Shown here: positions 38,535-50,900 of the stretch, piece after piece
Layout: each line of letters begins with the position of its first letter
Numbering within the stretch: position 1 is the first letter of the stretch
Origin: Camelus dromedarius
Taxonomy: Eukaryota
Assembly: GCF_036321535.1 (NCBI RefSeq)
Contig: NC_087436.1
Span: 103,170,001 to 103,234,000 of the forward strand
Length of the DNA stretch: 64,000 bases
Reading direction: 5' to 3'
Program-made: the position numbers and the translations under genes
The notes under the pieces: generated by a model
The model's input: the letters and a program-made list of their open reading frames with translations, nothing else
Told to the model about the DNA's origin: nothing
The model's database searches: none

Positions 38535-40020
38535 AAAGACAAGCCGGGATCCACAAGCCTGGGCTGGTAACTACAAGCACGAGCTGGGACTCAGGACCTA
38601 CTGGAACTCATGTCCTCTCTCACCGTCTCCAACCGTGATAAAATAGGTGGTATCTTTTGTCCCACACAACTGGTCCAAGAGTCAAAGAAGCTAAAGGAGG
38701 ATCCGGGTAAAGGTGCAGTAGGTGCAGGCTTCCTACAGTGGCCAGGCCTGGGTACCAACGAGGTAAGCCAGCAGATAAAGGATAAAGTGTGCACATTACA
38801 AAATGGCCTGCCCTGAACTTCGGTGTTTTCAAGAACAAAATGCAGCTGCTTCACTTTCACCCTGAAAAGCCGGTACAGCAGTATCTATTGTGGTCCACCC
38901 ATTTGAAGGCTATGGGGAAGATGATTCTGAGAACTATAGTTCAACTGAGTCAAACTGATGTTCTAGAAAGCCAGGTGTATTAGCTTCCCAGGGTTGCCAT
39001 CATGAAGTACCACAGATTGGCTGGCCTACAGCAACAGAAATGCTTTATCTAACAGTTCTGAAGGCCAGAAGTGAAACACCAGGGTGTCAGCAGGGCCATC
39101 CTTCCTCAGAAACCTGTAGAGGATAATCCTTCCTTGCGTCTTCCTAGCTTCTGGTGGTGGCCATCAGTCCTTGGTGTTCCTTGGCTTGTAGCTGCATCCA
39201 GTTTTTATTTCTGGCATTACATGGCATTCTCCTTGTGTCTCTGTCTTCACACAGTGTTCACCTCTTTTAACAATATCAGTCATATTGAATTAGGTTCCAC
39301 CGTAATGACCTCATCTTAACTTGATTACCTCTCCAAAGACACTATTTCAAAGTAGTCACATCCACAAGTTCTGGGGGTTCAGCTTCAGTATATATTGTAG
39401 GAGGACATAATTCAACACATGGCACCACCAGAGGTCTTGAGCTTGAATAGGATCAGAGGGCACATGTAAGCTTCATGAACAAGTAGCCCAGTTCTCCATG
39501 TCGTCCACGTTGCTGCTGCTGATGGAGCCCTGATGTTGAATTCTATCTCAAAGAGACCAATCAGACATTTGGTGGCAAGTAGATTTTATGAAGTCTCTCC
39601 CATTTTAGAAAGGCCAATAGTTCATCCTCATAGTTATGTGAGTATTTAACATATGGATTTACCTTTTCTGCCCAAAGAACCTCAGCCAGTCTACCACCTA
39701 GAGTTTTACAATAGACCTGATTCACTAGCATAAAATTTCACACAATATAGTTTCTGGCCAGTAATGTTCTTCACAGTAGAAGGGGAATAGGAGTAGTTCA
39801 CATTACCACACAAGCCACCAAACCCTTTGAAGGTGAAAACTGAAAATTTCAAATTTATGATGAAAAACAAAGAGGATGTGTTCCAAAGAACAATGGCAGT
39901 GGCAGGGACCATAGTTCATCTCATTAACTTCCCTCTCCTACATTCTCCTTTAGGGAGCCATGGAGTAGCTGCTCCAGAATGTGGATGGAGAAATGGATCT
40001 ATGCAGAACAAGGGGTGAAC
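38535..40020 (+). mobile_element. Second ERV-L (ERV3-16A3-like) internal remnant with PPT
   Basis: aagcttcatgaacaagtagcccag (KLHEQVAQ tether); integrase-like tggtggcaagtagattttatg (WWQVDF); PPT aaggggtgaac directly before the LTR. Confidence 0.7.
38976..39424 (-). mobile_element. MLT1B/C MaLR LTR
   Basis: tgtattagcttcccagggttgcc...taatgacctcatcttaacttgattac...ggacataattcaac. Confidence 0.9.
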
Positions 40021-40480
40021 TGTGGTGGCCGTGAAGGTGTGCCGTTCCGATCTCATCCAAGAAAACTCCTAGGGAAACGGAGTGGACTGACAGCTTCCAT
40101 CCGCTTCTGCCCCTTGGAATCCACTATGGTGTTTATGGTAAGACCAGATGCTACTCGTTCCACTCCCATCAGTGACTGCGGGCAGTGCGGATACCAGAGC
40201 TGGCCTGATCCCACCTGATGCAGGACTTCTTCAACAGGTAAACTTTGCTCAGGAGCTCCTTGTATATATATGGCTGAAATTTTCTCAGAATTATCTGAGA
40301 AATACCTAATCCTTTCTCTTTCCCAATTTCCAACAGTGTCATATCTACATTGTGGTCTGAAGGCTTTCCTTACCTACCCTCATTCCCTCACCATGGATCC
40401 CTCACATGTTTTATTTTTGATAACTCTCTTCCATGGCTTATCCTGCTTAATGTCTGTTTCTTGGAGTACAGGATGGATAT
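40021..40480 (+). mobile_element. LTR33-like 3' LTR of the ERV-L remnant
   Basis: tgtggtggccgtgaaggtgtgccg start; gtggtctgaaggctttcc motif; follows the PPT. Confidence 0.75.
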
Positions 40481-40679
40481 AGTGAGAATAAAAATTTAGG
40501 AACAACAATTACGTCAAAGAAAGAAAGGAACAAAGATAAAATAAAACCATAATTATGAGAAGTAAGATTCAAACAGGAGAGTGTTAAAGTTCTCAGGGAA
40601 TTTGACTCTGCCCACTTTAGGTAATAAACTACAATTGATCAATTTGAAATGCCATTCAGTGTTTTAGCATTTAATCTAA

Positions 40680-41010
40680 GGATGGGTATGTGAACTAGTT
40701 CAAGCCAATGTGATAAAAGCAGAAGCTGCTGGAGTTCCCTGGGAATTGAGTGAAGACTTGGGGAAATAATTCTCTTGATAAAAAAAGACTCAAGAGGAAT
40801 ATACATCTTTATTCCCTTCCTTCTGGTCTTTTGATGTTGTTCAGAAAGATGTGGGTTCTGGTTCTGCACTTGCCACTTTCTGAATATGAGGAAGGTCAAG
40901 AGAATTTCAGAAAATATGTAAAACATAAAATAACTGAGATGCCAAACATCGAACTAACCCTCCACTTTCTCAGGTGGTACACTACTTGCCAGAAGCATCC
41001 TAACTGATAC
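40680..41010 (+). mobile_element. Old MLT1 (J/K-like) LTR fragment
   Basis: gtgaactagttcaagccaatg...; end gcatcctaactgataca. Confidence 0.6.
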
Positions 41011-42463
41011 AAGGGAAAGATAAAGGATGAGAAGTTAGGGTATAATGAGGACACATTTTTTTCTATCTATGTGGATGCTACTTACAAACTGAGATGTCAA
41101 AACATTAATAGAAACAAATTCACACAGCACTTATTACACATTCAGAATTATTAGTTTTGTTGTTGTTGTTGTTTGAGTAATAATATTAAAATACTAGTGG
41201 CAACTTGGAGCCTTGACGTCGGAGGGTTTGTGCTGGCTTCCTGTTTCCTATTTCATTTATTAATTCTTATGCAGACTACGTTCAGTATTCAAAATGCCCA
41301 GTACTCCACAATGCTAGGAGGTGACCCCTACACATGTTTGATACATGCCATTAAAAAAAATGTTTCCGCTCAATTTAACATTTCTTTTTGTCTGTTTGTT
41401 TCTAATTAAGCACAAATGTGAAAGCGTTCAGAGGTAAAATTGGTAACTATAGTCCCTATTTGGAGTTTAAACATCAAAATGGCACAAATGAACACATGGA
41501 AGATAGTATAAATACTCTTTCCGAAATCTAAATTAAAGAATGCATTACCATTAAAATTTAACTGTATTAAATGAGTTCTAGATCTCTCTCTACTATGTTT
41601 AGCACTCTAGACTCTTTTCAACTAATGCTTTCTGGGAGTAAAACATAGCCTTTTTTTTCTTGCATGTTCACTGAAGTTAAAAAGTCTAATGTCTTGTGAC
41701 ATATTCTATGCATGTCCCTCCTCCGTCCATGTAACTTGAGTGCGCACACACACACAAACACACACATCTGTATTAGAAGATGCTACTTAAAAATGTTTTT
41801 TTTAATTCTAAGATAACACTAGAATATCAAATAAACCAATTAGCTTATCAATTCTGTTATCAGGTAATGAAATATGGATATGATAAAGTGACAATTGTTG
41901 ACCATCAGGATTAAGTCTGCCTATCCTGTTAACTTGCAATCAAGTTGGAACAAAAATTCTACTGTCTTTGCAACTTTGACCCTGGATGATAATAAGTTAC
42001 CCAGGATGAATGTCTTAAAAAGCAGAAGCAACATAACTTCCAACAAAGATATGTGGCGACCCGGTATCTTTTGCTGAAATTCTGTAGTCTGGGAGCATTG
42101 TCAGATATACAGAAAACGAAGATTGAAAATTTATCTATGAACCCTGCCAAGTTTCTCAATAAATATATAAAGTAATTTAAAGTTGCAGAAGTAGTTATTT
42201 GTGTGCTAGCCTTATTGTGTGGTAAAAATCCAGAAAAACTTTAAAGCATTTCACTGAATTAAAGTTTACATTGGATTTAGAAGTGTATCTCTGAATTAGA
42301 CATTTCCAAGCCACAGAAATAATCTATTTATCTCAGAATAGATAATGCACTCTCCTGATCTCTGCCTCAGAGAAAAAAATAGGAAAACATGTGTTTCAGA
42401 GGAGGTAAGCCCTAGAACTGAGAGTTGGAAAGTATTCACATATAAAGTGTTTATACTATAGAT

Positions 42464-42487
42464 TATATATATATATATATATATATA
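42464..42487. repeat. (TA)n microsatellite
   Basis: Direct reading. Confidence 0.9.
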
Positions 42488-43074
42488 CACTTTTTATTGA
42501 AGAAAAAAATACTATTTATTTTTTCTTAGACAAAGATGGCAAAAAAAGTTGTTTTTTTTTTTTTTTTTTGGTAAGTATCCAAAGCTAAATAATAGAATTC
42601 ATTATTCATTATTGGTCATTCAAAATCTTCCTCTCAAATGTCTTTTCTCTTCTAAACACTAAGTAAGGTGCTGGCAATAAATGATTGGCTTAATATGGTG
42701 AACGTTCCCCAAAGTAAACAACTATAATTTGGTAAAGTGAACAGTACAAGAGAGATGCATGCAATATGCATGGAAACTTACAGGACAGGCATACTGCCTG
42801 ACCTAAAAGGTGGGAGAGGCTGGCTGAGATGACACGTGAAACAACCCATAAAAAGTTATTGCTCAACTTAAAAAAAGAGATTCACTCATGAAAAGCAGAA
42901 AATGAAACATATAAAAAGGCTACTGGAATTGAAAAAACAAAATTAACACAGTCATATATTTCCATATAGCGTCTGCTGGTATGGAGGAGTGGAGGTTGAA
43001 TTGAGGATTTGAAGTGAAAAAAAAAAAGGGAAAAAAAATCTAGAAAAGTTCCACTTATTATATACTATGTTATT

Positions 43075-44060
43075 TTTTAATTTTCAAAATTTATATGTAA
43101 TTTATATTCACTAAAATTTACTCTTTTGACGTATAGTTCTATGGAATTTGACAAATGCACGGCATGGCCTCATAATCATTACCTCAAATGAGACACAGAA
43201 CGGTTTGATCACCCTACAACATTTCCCCATGCTGCCTTCTTGTAACTAGTTCCTCCCTGGCAAACACTATAATTTTGTCTTTTCTCTAATGTCATTTAAA
43301 TGGTATCAAAGAATATGTAGCTTTTGGGGTGTGGCATCTATCATTCAACAAAATCAATTGAGATCCAGTTACGTTGTCTGTGCATCGACAGTTCAAGGCT
43401 TTTTGTGTTGACTAGTCTTCCATTGAATGGATGTACTATGGTTTATTGACTCACAAGTGAAGCATATCTGGATTATTTCCAGTGTAGTGCAATTATGAAT
43501 AGACTTGCTATAAACATTTATGTGCAGGGTTTTGTGTGAACATATGTTTTCATTTCTCTTAGGTAAATACATAGGTGTGAGATTAATGAGTCATACAGTA
43601 CTTATATGCTTATCTCTGTAAGAAACTTCCAAACTGTTTTCCAAAGAGCCCAGGCCATTTTACATTTCCACCAGTAATAAGTGAGAACTCCAGGCACTCT
43701 GCATCTTCACCATTACTTCGTATTTTCACATTTCTTTTTATTTTATTTTAGCCATTGAGTGGGTATATATTGGTATCTAATTATGATTTCAGTTTGTATT
43801 TCCCTGATGAGTAAGGAAGTTGAGCATCTTTTAATGTGCTTATTTTCCATTTGTATAGCTTCTTTGGGAGAGGAAACATTTGTTCAGATTCTTTGCCAGT
43901 TTTCAAAATTTGGGGTAAGTTTGTTTTCATACCATTAGCTCTTTAAGTTTTCTGAATAAAAGTCCTTTATCAGACATATGATATACTAATGCTTTCTCCT
44001 AGTCTATGCTTATCATTTCATTCTTGCAACTGTCTTTTGTAGAACAAAACTTTCCAGGTT
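43075..44060 (-). mobile_element. Old L1 (L1MB/ME-type) 3' fragment
   Basis: tatagttctatggaatttgacaaatgc 3'UTR; gaaacttccaaactgttttccaaag ORF2-end text. Confidence 0.85.
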
Positions 44061-44061
44061 T

Positions 44062-44858
44062 TTAAAAACTATTATTATGGTTAAAAAATAACATAAAATC
44101 TACCCTCTTAAGTACAAAGTACAGTATTTTTAACTCTATGCACATTATTGTACAACAGATCTCAAACATTTTTATCTTGTATGACTGAAACTCTATACAC
44201 ATTGAAGATTGAGTCCCCATTTTACCATCGCTCCAGCCCCTGGAAGCCACCATTCTACTTTCTGCATCTATGATTCTGACTACTTTAGATATTTCATACA
44301 AGTTGAATCGAATCTCTCTGTGACTGGCTTAATTTACTTAGCATAATGTCCTCCAGTTTCCCACATGTTGTAGCTTATGGCAGGATTTCTTCATTTTAAG
44401 CCTAAAGAATATCCACTGTATGTATATACTACATTTTCTCTAATCATTCATCCACCATTTGTTTGTTCTCGGTAAGCCCCACTGTAGTACCCATTCTTGT
44501 CAATGCTGAGATTCTGGCAAGACAGAAACCCGTTTCTCAGGCAGCCCCTGGAAAGTCTGCACATTTTATATACGTTTCAGTCTTCACTACCCCTCCCCAG
44601 GGAGGAACAGGGAGCTGGGAGTTTCCTCCTGTTCACCCTGCCTTGGGCCAGGGAAAGGGAACATGGTGAGTGAGTGCCAGGACTCTTCCTACCCAACCCA
44701 GTGAAGCAGATTCCACCCTCACTTGGGAGTGAAGGAACCTCTCAACTGGTTTCTGGCTTTCCCATGAAGGGAGCTTGTCCCTATGTTGTTCTTGAGTCTG
44801 TATCTCCATGGGGGGTGGGGGTCCCGGGCTTCCCAGCCATTTTGCTGACATCACCCCC
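44062..44858 (-). mobile_element. L1MA9-like element: 5' end joined directly to 3'UTR
   Basis: 44062-44457 is an L1MA9/10-type 3'UTR; 44458-44858 is an L1 5' end (minus strand begins GGGGGTGATGTCAGCAAAATGGC). Confidence 0.7.
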
Positions 44859-45269
44859 TAGGTTAAGTATCTTAACAGTAAGGAATTGTTCTAGGAATTT
44901 AAGGAAGACAAGGGCTCAAATGCTTTATAACTATATATATTTAGGCCTGCAAATATATATATAACTAAGCTCATGGAGGATTGTGGTACTAAAACCCAGA
45001 CTTGTAAACACCTTATAATACACAAAAATATTAACTTATTAAGTTAATAAGGCCTACTATTTACATTAAAAAAAAAAAAGAAATGTGCTAACATAACTCA
45101 AAATTTAAATGTACAAACAATATCCATTGAAAAGTACTCCTAATCACTCTCTCATTCCTGGAAACAAAAACTATCAGTTTCTCATGTTTCCATACTGATT
45201 TTTTTATAATATATACATTCAGATATACATGCATCATACAAATACTCATCTGCACTATGTAAAACTTTA

Positions 45270-46135
45270 ATCATAAAGACATTCATCCTTAAACATCCTT
45301 CAAAATGAAGAATCAGTAAAATCTTTTTAAATACACAAGATATCAAAAACATTGTGCTTTCTATGAACTCTTTCTCAGAAAGTTTCAGGAAAAATTTTTC
45401 TTCATGAATAAGGAATTAACTGAAAAAGGTGAAAGTATTCAGGTAAAAAAGTTTTCAGTGCAAAGAGAGAGGCAAAGGGAAGTTACTGTAAGATATTAAA
45501 GGGAAATTCTAGGACAGATGCTGGGACCTAGGTTAAAAAAAAGAAGTACAAATTATAATAAGGGAGCATTTTATTTTTGTTGGGATATCCCCAAGAAAAT
45601 TAAAGTAGAAATGATGTTATGTGATATATTTGATCTAACAGAGAATTAATAACAGTACGTAAAAAATTAACAAGATGAAAACAAGGCAATTATTACCTCA
45701 ACAGAAAGAAAAACAAGATGCCAGAAAACAAATGAAATTATAATACATGTAAAGGCTTGAATATGTGAGAAATCATAATAAGGTAATAAGGAAAATATGG
45801 AATATTTCACCATTATTGGCAGATGAAGATAGAAAAAAAATGTATGTGCGCCTGTGTGTGTTTGTGTATGTGTGTGCTGGTGTGTGCTCACCCATGTGGG
45901 ACAGTTAAAAAACACAAAGCTTCATCTTTAATAGTAGGGTGTCTATAGCCTTAAAATATATAAGTAAAATAATAAAACAACTTCAGGTTTAAAGTTGTTG
46001 CTTTTGGAGAACAGAATAAGAAGTATAAGTGACAGGACAAGAGACTGTTATTAGACATTATATGCCTTTATAAGTATCATCCTTAAAAACCTGTGATTTT
46101 ACTACTTTATTAAAAATTAAAAATTAAAATAAATA
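45270..46135 (+). mobile_element. HAL1 (half-L1) 3' remnant
   Basis: ctatgaactctttctcagaaag...gagagaggcaaaggga...aagggaaattctagga, plus HAL1-type tail gttgttgcttttggaga...tactttattaaaaatt. Confidence 0.6.
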
Positions 46136-46314
46136 CAATTATTCATTATTTATTATTATTTAAAAGAAGGTATCTGCAACATAATTTTATATGTTTTGGT
46201 AAAAAAGAGAGCAATTTAACAAACCAGGTAGGCCATGAACCTGGTACACAATATTATAAATGAAATAAACACAAAGTTGTGCATAAACAATAAACATTTA
46301 AAAAGTTATCTTCT

Positions 46315-46910
46315 ATACCATGTTCTTGGATTGGAAAAACAAATATTGTTAAAATGGCCATACTACCCAAGGCAATCTACAGATTCAGTGCATTCCCTAT
46401 CAAATTACTAATTGCATTTTTCACAGAATTGGAACAAAAAAATTTTTAATTTGTATGGAAACACAAAAGACATCAAACAGCGAAAACAATCTTGAAAAAG
46501 ATGAAAAGAGCTGAAGGAGTCACGCTCCCTGACTTCAGACTATACTACAAGCTACAATAATCAAAACAGAATGGTACTGGCACAAAAACAGACATATAGA
46601 GCAACTGAATAGGACAGAAAGCCCAGAAATAAGCCCACATACTTACAGTGAATTAACCTATGACAAAGGAGGCAAGAATATACAAAAGAGAAAAGACAGT
46701 CTCTTCAATAAGTGGTGCTGAGAAAACTGGATAATTACATGTAAAAGAATGAAATTAGAACATTCTGTAACACCATATACAAAAATAAACTCAAAATGGA
46801 TTAAAGACCTAAATTTAAGGACAGATACTCTGAAACTCGTAGAGGAAAACATAGGCAGAACACTCTTCGACATAAATCACAGCAATATTTTTTTGGATCC
46901 ATCTCAAAAA
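46315..46910 (+). mobile_element. Younger L1 ORF2 internal fragment
   Basis: ccatgttcttggattggaa...aaaatggccatactacccaaggcaatctacagattca; tgacttcagactatactac. Confidence 0.9.
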
Positions 46911-47199
46911 AATCTCCTGTAGTTAGCTTTGGATGTTTGGATTTTTGCATACATCTCAAAATTCATTGAAAAAGATTATCTTGCTCAATAAACTCATGTA
47001 ACAGATGTATAAATAAATTATCAGAAAGTTGAAGAAAACTGTTAATTTTCACTCTGAATTATGGGCAAAACTTGAGGAATAAAATACTTAGGCTTGTCTT
47101 GTTTTATTTATATATGAATCTCAAATTTTCCTTTTATAATTCATAAATATATGTTTAGAAGTCTGACACTTGAAAGCAGGTAATAAATATACACGATTA

Positions 47200-48700
47200 T
47201 TTATGAAATTTGAAAATATCTTAGTCACAAAGTTAGCTCCAATAAATTCTATAGAAGACAAATAATAAAAACAGCCCTTCCTGACCACACTTCAATGAAA
47301 TGAAATGTGAACAGAAAAAAAGAAAACAAAACAACCTCTCCACCCAAGGGAAAAAAATAATGCTACTTAACAATTCACGGGTCAAAGGAGAATTGCAAAC
47401 TTTTAAAACAATAATAACAGCAGTAGCTAATAATTATAATAAAAACAAATAAATTACAGACCTTCATTAAAAGGACTAAAATAATTTAAACAAAAAGAAG
47501 CGAAAGGAAAATGAGTGAAGAAAAAACTACATCTTGATACTAGGAAATAAAGTAGCAGTAAAAGTAATTTTTTTCAAAAAGCCATTTTTGAAAATCAGTA
47601 CATTAGAATACCAATCTTTACAAAAGAAAAAATTAAAATACACACATTTAGAAATAACAAATACTAATGTTGAAACAGAGAAAAAATATCTTTAAAATGT
47701 TTTTGTTAATTTGGATAAGTAAATGAAACAGATAATTTTCTAGAAAATGATAATTCATCAAAATTAACGAGAATAGAGTTAAGTGACCAAATACGATAAA
47801 AGAAAAAAGAGAAATTAGGAACACTATAAAAATGATACTACATACAACTTAAAATAACAGTCACAGTTAAAATTTTCTAGAGCATAAAAGATAAAGTTCT
47901 TTCTTTTATGAAATGAGTAAAACCTTAACATCTAACTAAACCTGATAAAGATTAAAGTAAAAAAAAAAGCTACAGACCAATCTTACTAATGAAAATTAAT
48001 ACAAAATCTTAATTAAAATGTTAACAGATAGAATTCAAAAGTTCTTTAAAAGTATAATATATTAGAAACAAGTGCAACTTATTGCAGGAATGCAAAGATA
48101 GTTAAATAATAGAAACTCCAATAATATCACAAAATTATATGAAGAGAAGTAAAGAGAAAAACTACACTTTTTCATTTCAATAGATATTAAGAAGATATGT
48201 CACAAGGCCAATGTCTGTTCAAATTTAAAATACTTAATAAAGAGGAATTGATGGGTACTTTCTTAACATGATCAGGTCTACGTGATCATACACATATACT
48301 GAATGCTGGTTGGCATCTGGGTTGAAAGATAAACTTCAGTCTGACAGCCAGTATTTTAGTTACTGGGGGAAATATGGGACTTCCTCACAAAGGTAGAAGA
48401 TAAGACAAGTAATCAAACTCTCTGCACCACTATTTAATGAAGTACTGGAAGTATTAGGCATTGCAATTAGACAAGATCAAGCATTCAGAGCATAAGAACT
48501 GAAAGTGAAAGATGAAATATCTCTGAAGTTAATATGATTAAATTTCTGGGAACCCAAAAGAATCAACGTGTAAACTACAGTAATTTTAGGAAAATGACAA
48601 TTTAACAAATAAATTTACAAAAACAATAGGCCTCATATAAATTAACACCCACAGAAAACATAAAGGTGGCTTGAATAAGTGGAAACACAGTCTATGATTT
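47200..48700 (+). mobile_element. Highly degenerate L1ME-type ORF2 fragment
   Basis: gctacagaccaatcttactaatg, attgcaggaatgcaaaga, gtactggaagtattaggcattgcaattagacaaga. Confidence 0.7.
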
Positions 48701-48900
48701 TGGTTTCAAAAAGGTAACTTTAGCTACTGAGTAGAAAAGAAGCTAGAGAGGGCAAGGTAGGATTCAGGGTGAACATCAGGGGAGCTACTGCGATGATCCA
48801 ATGGGAAAATGCTGGTGGTGTCAGATGGATTAGGGAGAAGCGCTGAGAAGTAGATTCCAGATATATTTGAATATCAGAACTGACAAGATTTCCCATCATA
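48700..48900 (-). mobile_element. L2 fragment
   Basis: ggagctactgcgatgatcca...gattccagatatatttga...actgacaagattt. Confidence 0.55.
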
Positions 48901-49099
48901 TCTGGAATGCTAGAGAGAAAAATCAGTTTGCTTAAGCAAAGCAGCAACTGTTTATTTAGTGTCTCTTTGGGTGTTCATCAGTTTGTTGTTTGTTTTTTGT
49001 TTTTTGTTTTTTGTTTTTAGGAGAGACATGCAGATTAGAGGACATAGTCTCATCAATTGGGAGCAGAACAAGATGGTCATCTGTCCTGTAGTAAAAAGA

Positions 49100-49610
49100 T
49101 ACTGTTTAGTTTCCTATTGCAGCTGTAACAATCTGAATGGCGTAAAAAACACAAATATATTATGTTACAATTCTGGAGGTCAGAAATTTGAATGTGTTCT
49201 CTCTGTACCCAAATCAATGTGTCAGTCAGCAGGGTTGCATTTCTTCTAGAGATCCTTTGGGAAAATCTATGTCCTTGCTTTTCCAGCTTCTAAAGGCTGC
49301 CTGCATTCCTTAGGCAGTGGCCCCTTCCAGCTTCAAAGTCAACAATGGCTGACTGAGTTTCACATCACTTTACTCTGACCCTGTTTCAGTCTTCATATCT
49401 CCTTCCTCTTATGCTGACTTCTCTGCCTCTCTGTTTCACTTGAAAGAGTCCCTGTGATTATACTGTCCACTCACACATTCCAAGTTAATTACCACATCTC
49501 AAGATCCTTAATCACACCTTCAGAATCCTTACTGTCATGTGCAGTGACATGTTCACAGATTCTAGGAATTAAGACTTGGAGCTATTTGGAGGGCTGTTAT
49601 GCTGTCCACA
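49100..49610 (-). mobile_element. MLT1D-like MaLR LTR
   Basis: ttagtttcctattgcagctgtaacaa...ttccagcttctaaaggctgcctgcattcctt...ttcacagattctaggaattaagac. Confidence 0.85.
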
Positions 49611-49649
49611 GATCCATAACATGCTAGTTAAATGTTTGGAATAAAGCAA

Positions 49650-49840
49650 GATTTCAATCCTTTCACCATTTACTGCATAAGTTTAGACAAATACTTATCT
49701 ATTTTAAGCCTCCATTCCCTCATAGATAAAATGAAATACTAATTAAGTCTACCTCAGAGAGCTTGTGGCTGTGTTATAAATAAAACAGTGCCTGTGAAGC
49801 CCTTGACGAAGAGTATACTCAGTATGTATTAGCTACCATA
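49650..49840 (+). mobile_element. MIR SINE
   Basis: aagcctccattccctcatagataaaatg...tctacctcagag. Confidence 0.65.
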
Positions 49841-50211
49841 ATAATCCCACTAAGGGAAACATTAGTGAAGTGTAGGATTAGATAAGCTTACATGACAGTC
49901 ATTTTACTCTACTGACTCATTCAATTAACAGTCAGAAGTTTCCTCCAACTTCAGACCAGTTTTGGATTTTGTATTTGTTCTTTAATCCTTCATTAATAAC
50001 TCTTTATGTTATTTCACCCCCTCGAGAATGCTTATGGCTTCTTTCTGTTATCTGTCATGACAAGAAACTTCCATATTTCAGTTAAATACAGTTAGAATGT
50101 CAACCATGTTATCATTTAAGTTATTTATGAAAATTTTGAAGAGGAAATGACTGAGAATTGAAATCTCGGGAAAGCAATTGTGCAGTGTCTCAAAGCTGAC
50201 ATTTATATAAG

Positions 50212-50900
50212 TTATTAAGGTTTTGTCTCTCAGCTCCAAATCCATCCTTGTTGTGTGTGTGTATATGGGTATGAAGCTGGAGCTGGCACTCTGAAAATTA
50301 CTTTTCTTCTTTGCCAGCAGCTGTACTATTAGGGTGTGCCAACAGAAAGAGCTGGAGGAAACTGGAAGTCAGGAGATGACAAAGAATTCACTTGTTTCTT
50401 TTTTGTTTAGTTCTGAGTCATCTCAACAAGGGGCTCTCACACTGATGACAGCAACTGACTCGGCAGCAGTTGGGTCCGGTTGGAATGGGAAACTCTTTTC
50501 AGCACTCTCAAAACTGGCCTCACTGTGTCCCCTTGGAGATGCCAGCATTGGCCACTGTCAATTTCCCCTCAACAGTCTGAGTTCTGGCTCTAGAAGTTCT
50601 CTTGTTCATGTTTCTGAGACATTAACACCTGTTTCGTAGCATCACCTTCTCAAAGATGTGGTGCCAAATTCCACAGGATCTCTTCTCCAAACTTCTACTT
50701 TCTAATAACCTGAAAATGGTCACTTTATTTTACATCCTGAGGAATCTTAGCTACTTCCTGCTAACATCTCTAGGAATACGATACCTCAGGTTTCCCCTTT
50801 TGAAATGCAATTTCTCCAATACCCATTCAGCCACTTTCTAATATTAAATTATCTCTGCTAAAATAACAAGTGGTTTCTTTTCCTTTTACTTTCCTGACTG
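50212..50900 (+). mobile_element. LTR41-like ERVL solo LTR
   Basis: ttgtctctcagctccaaatccatcc...gaagctggagctggcactctg; end attaaattatctctgctaaaataac...cctgactg. Confidence 0.7.
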
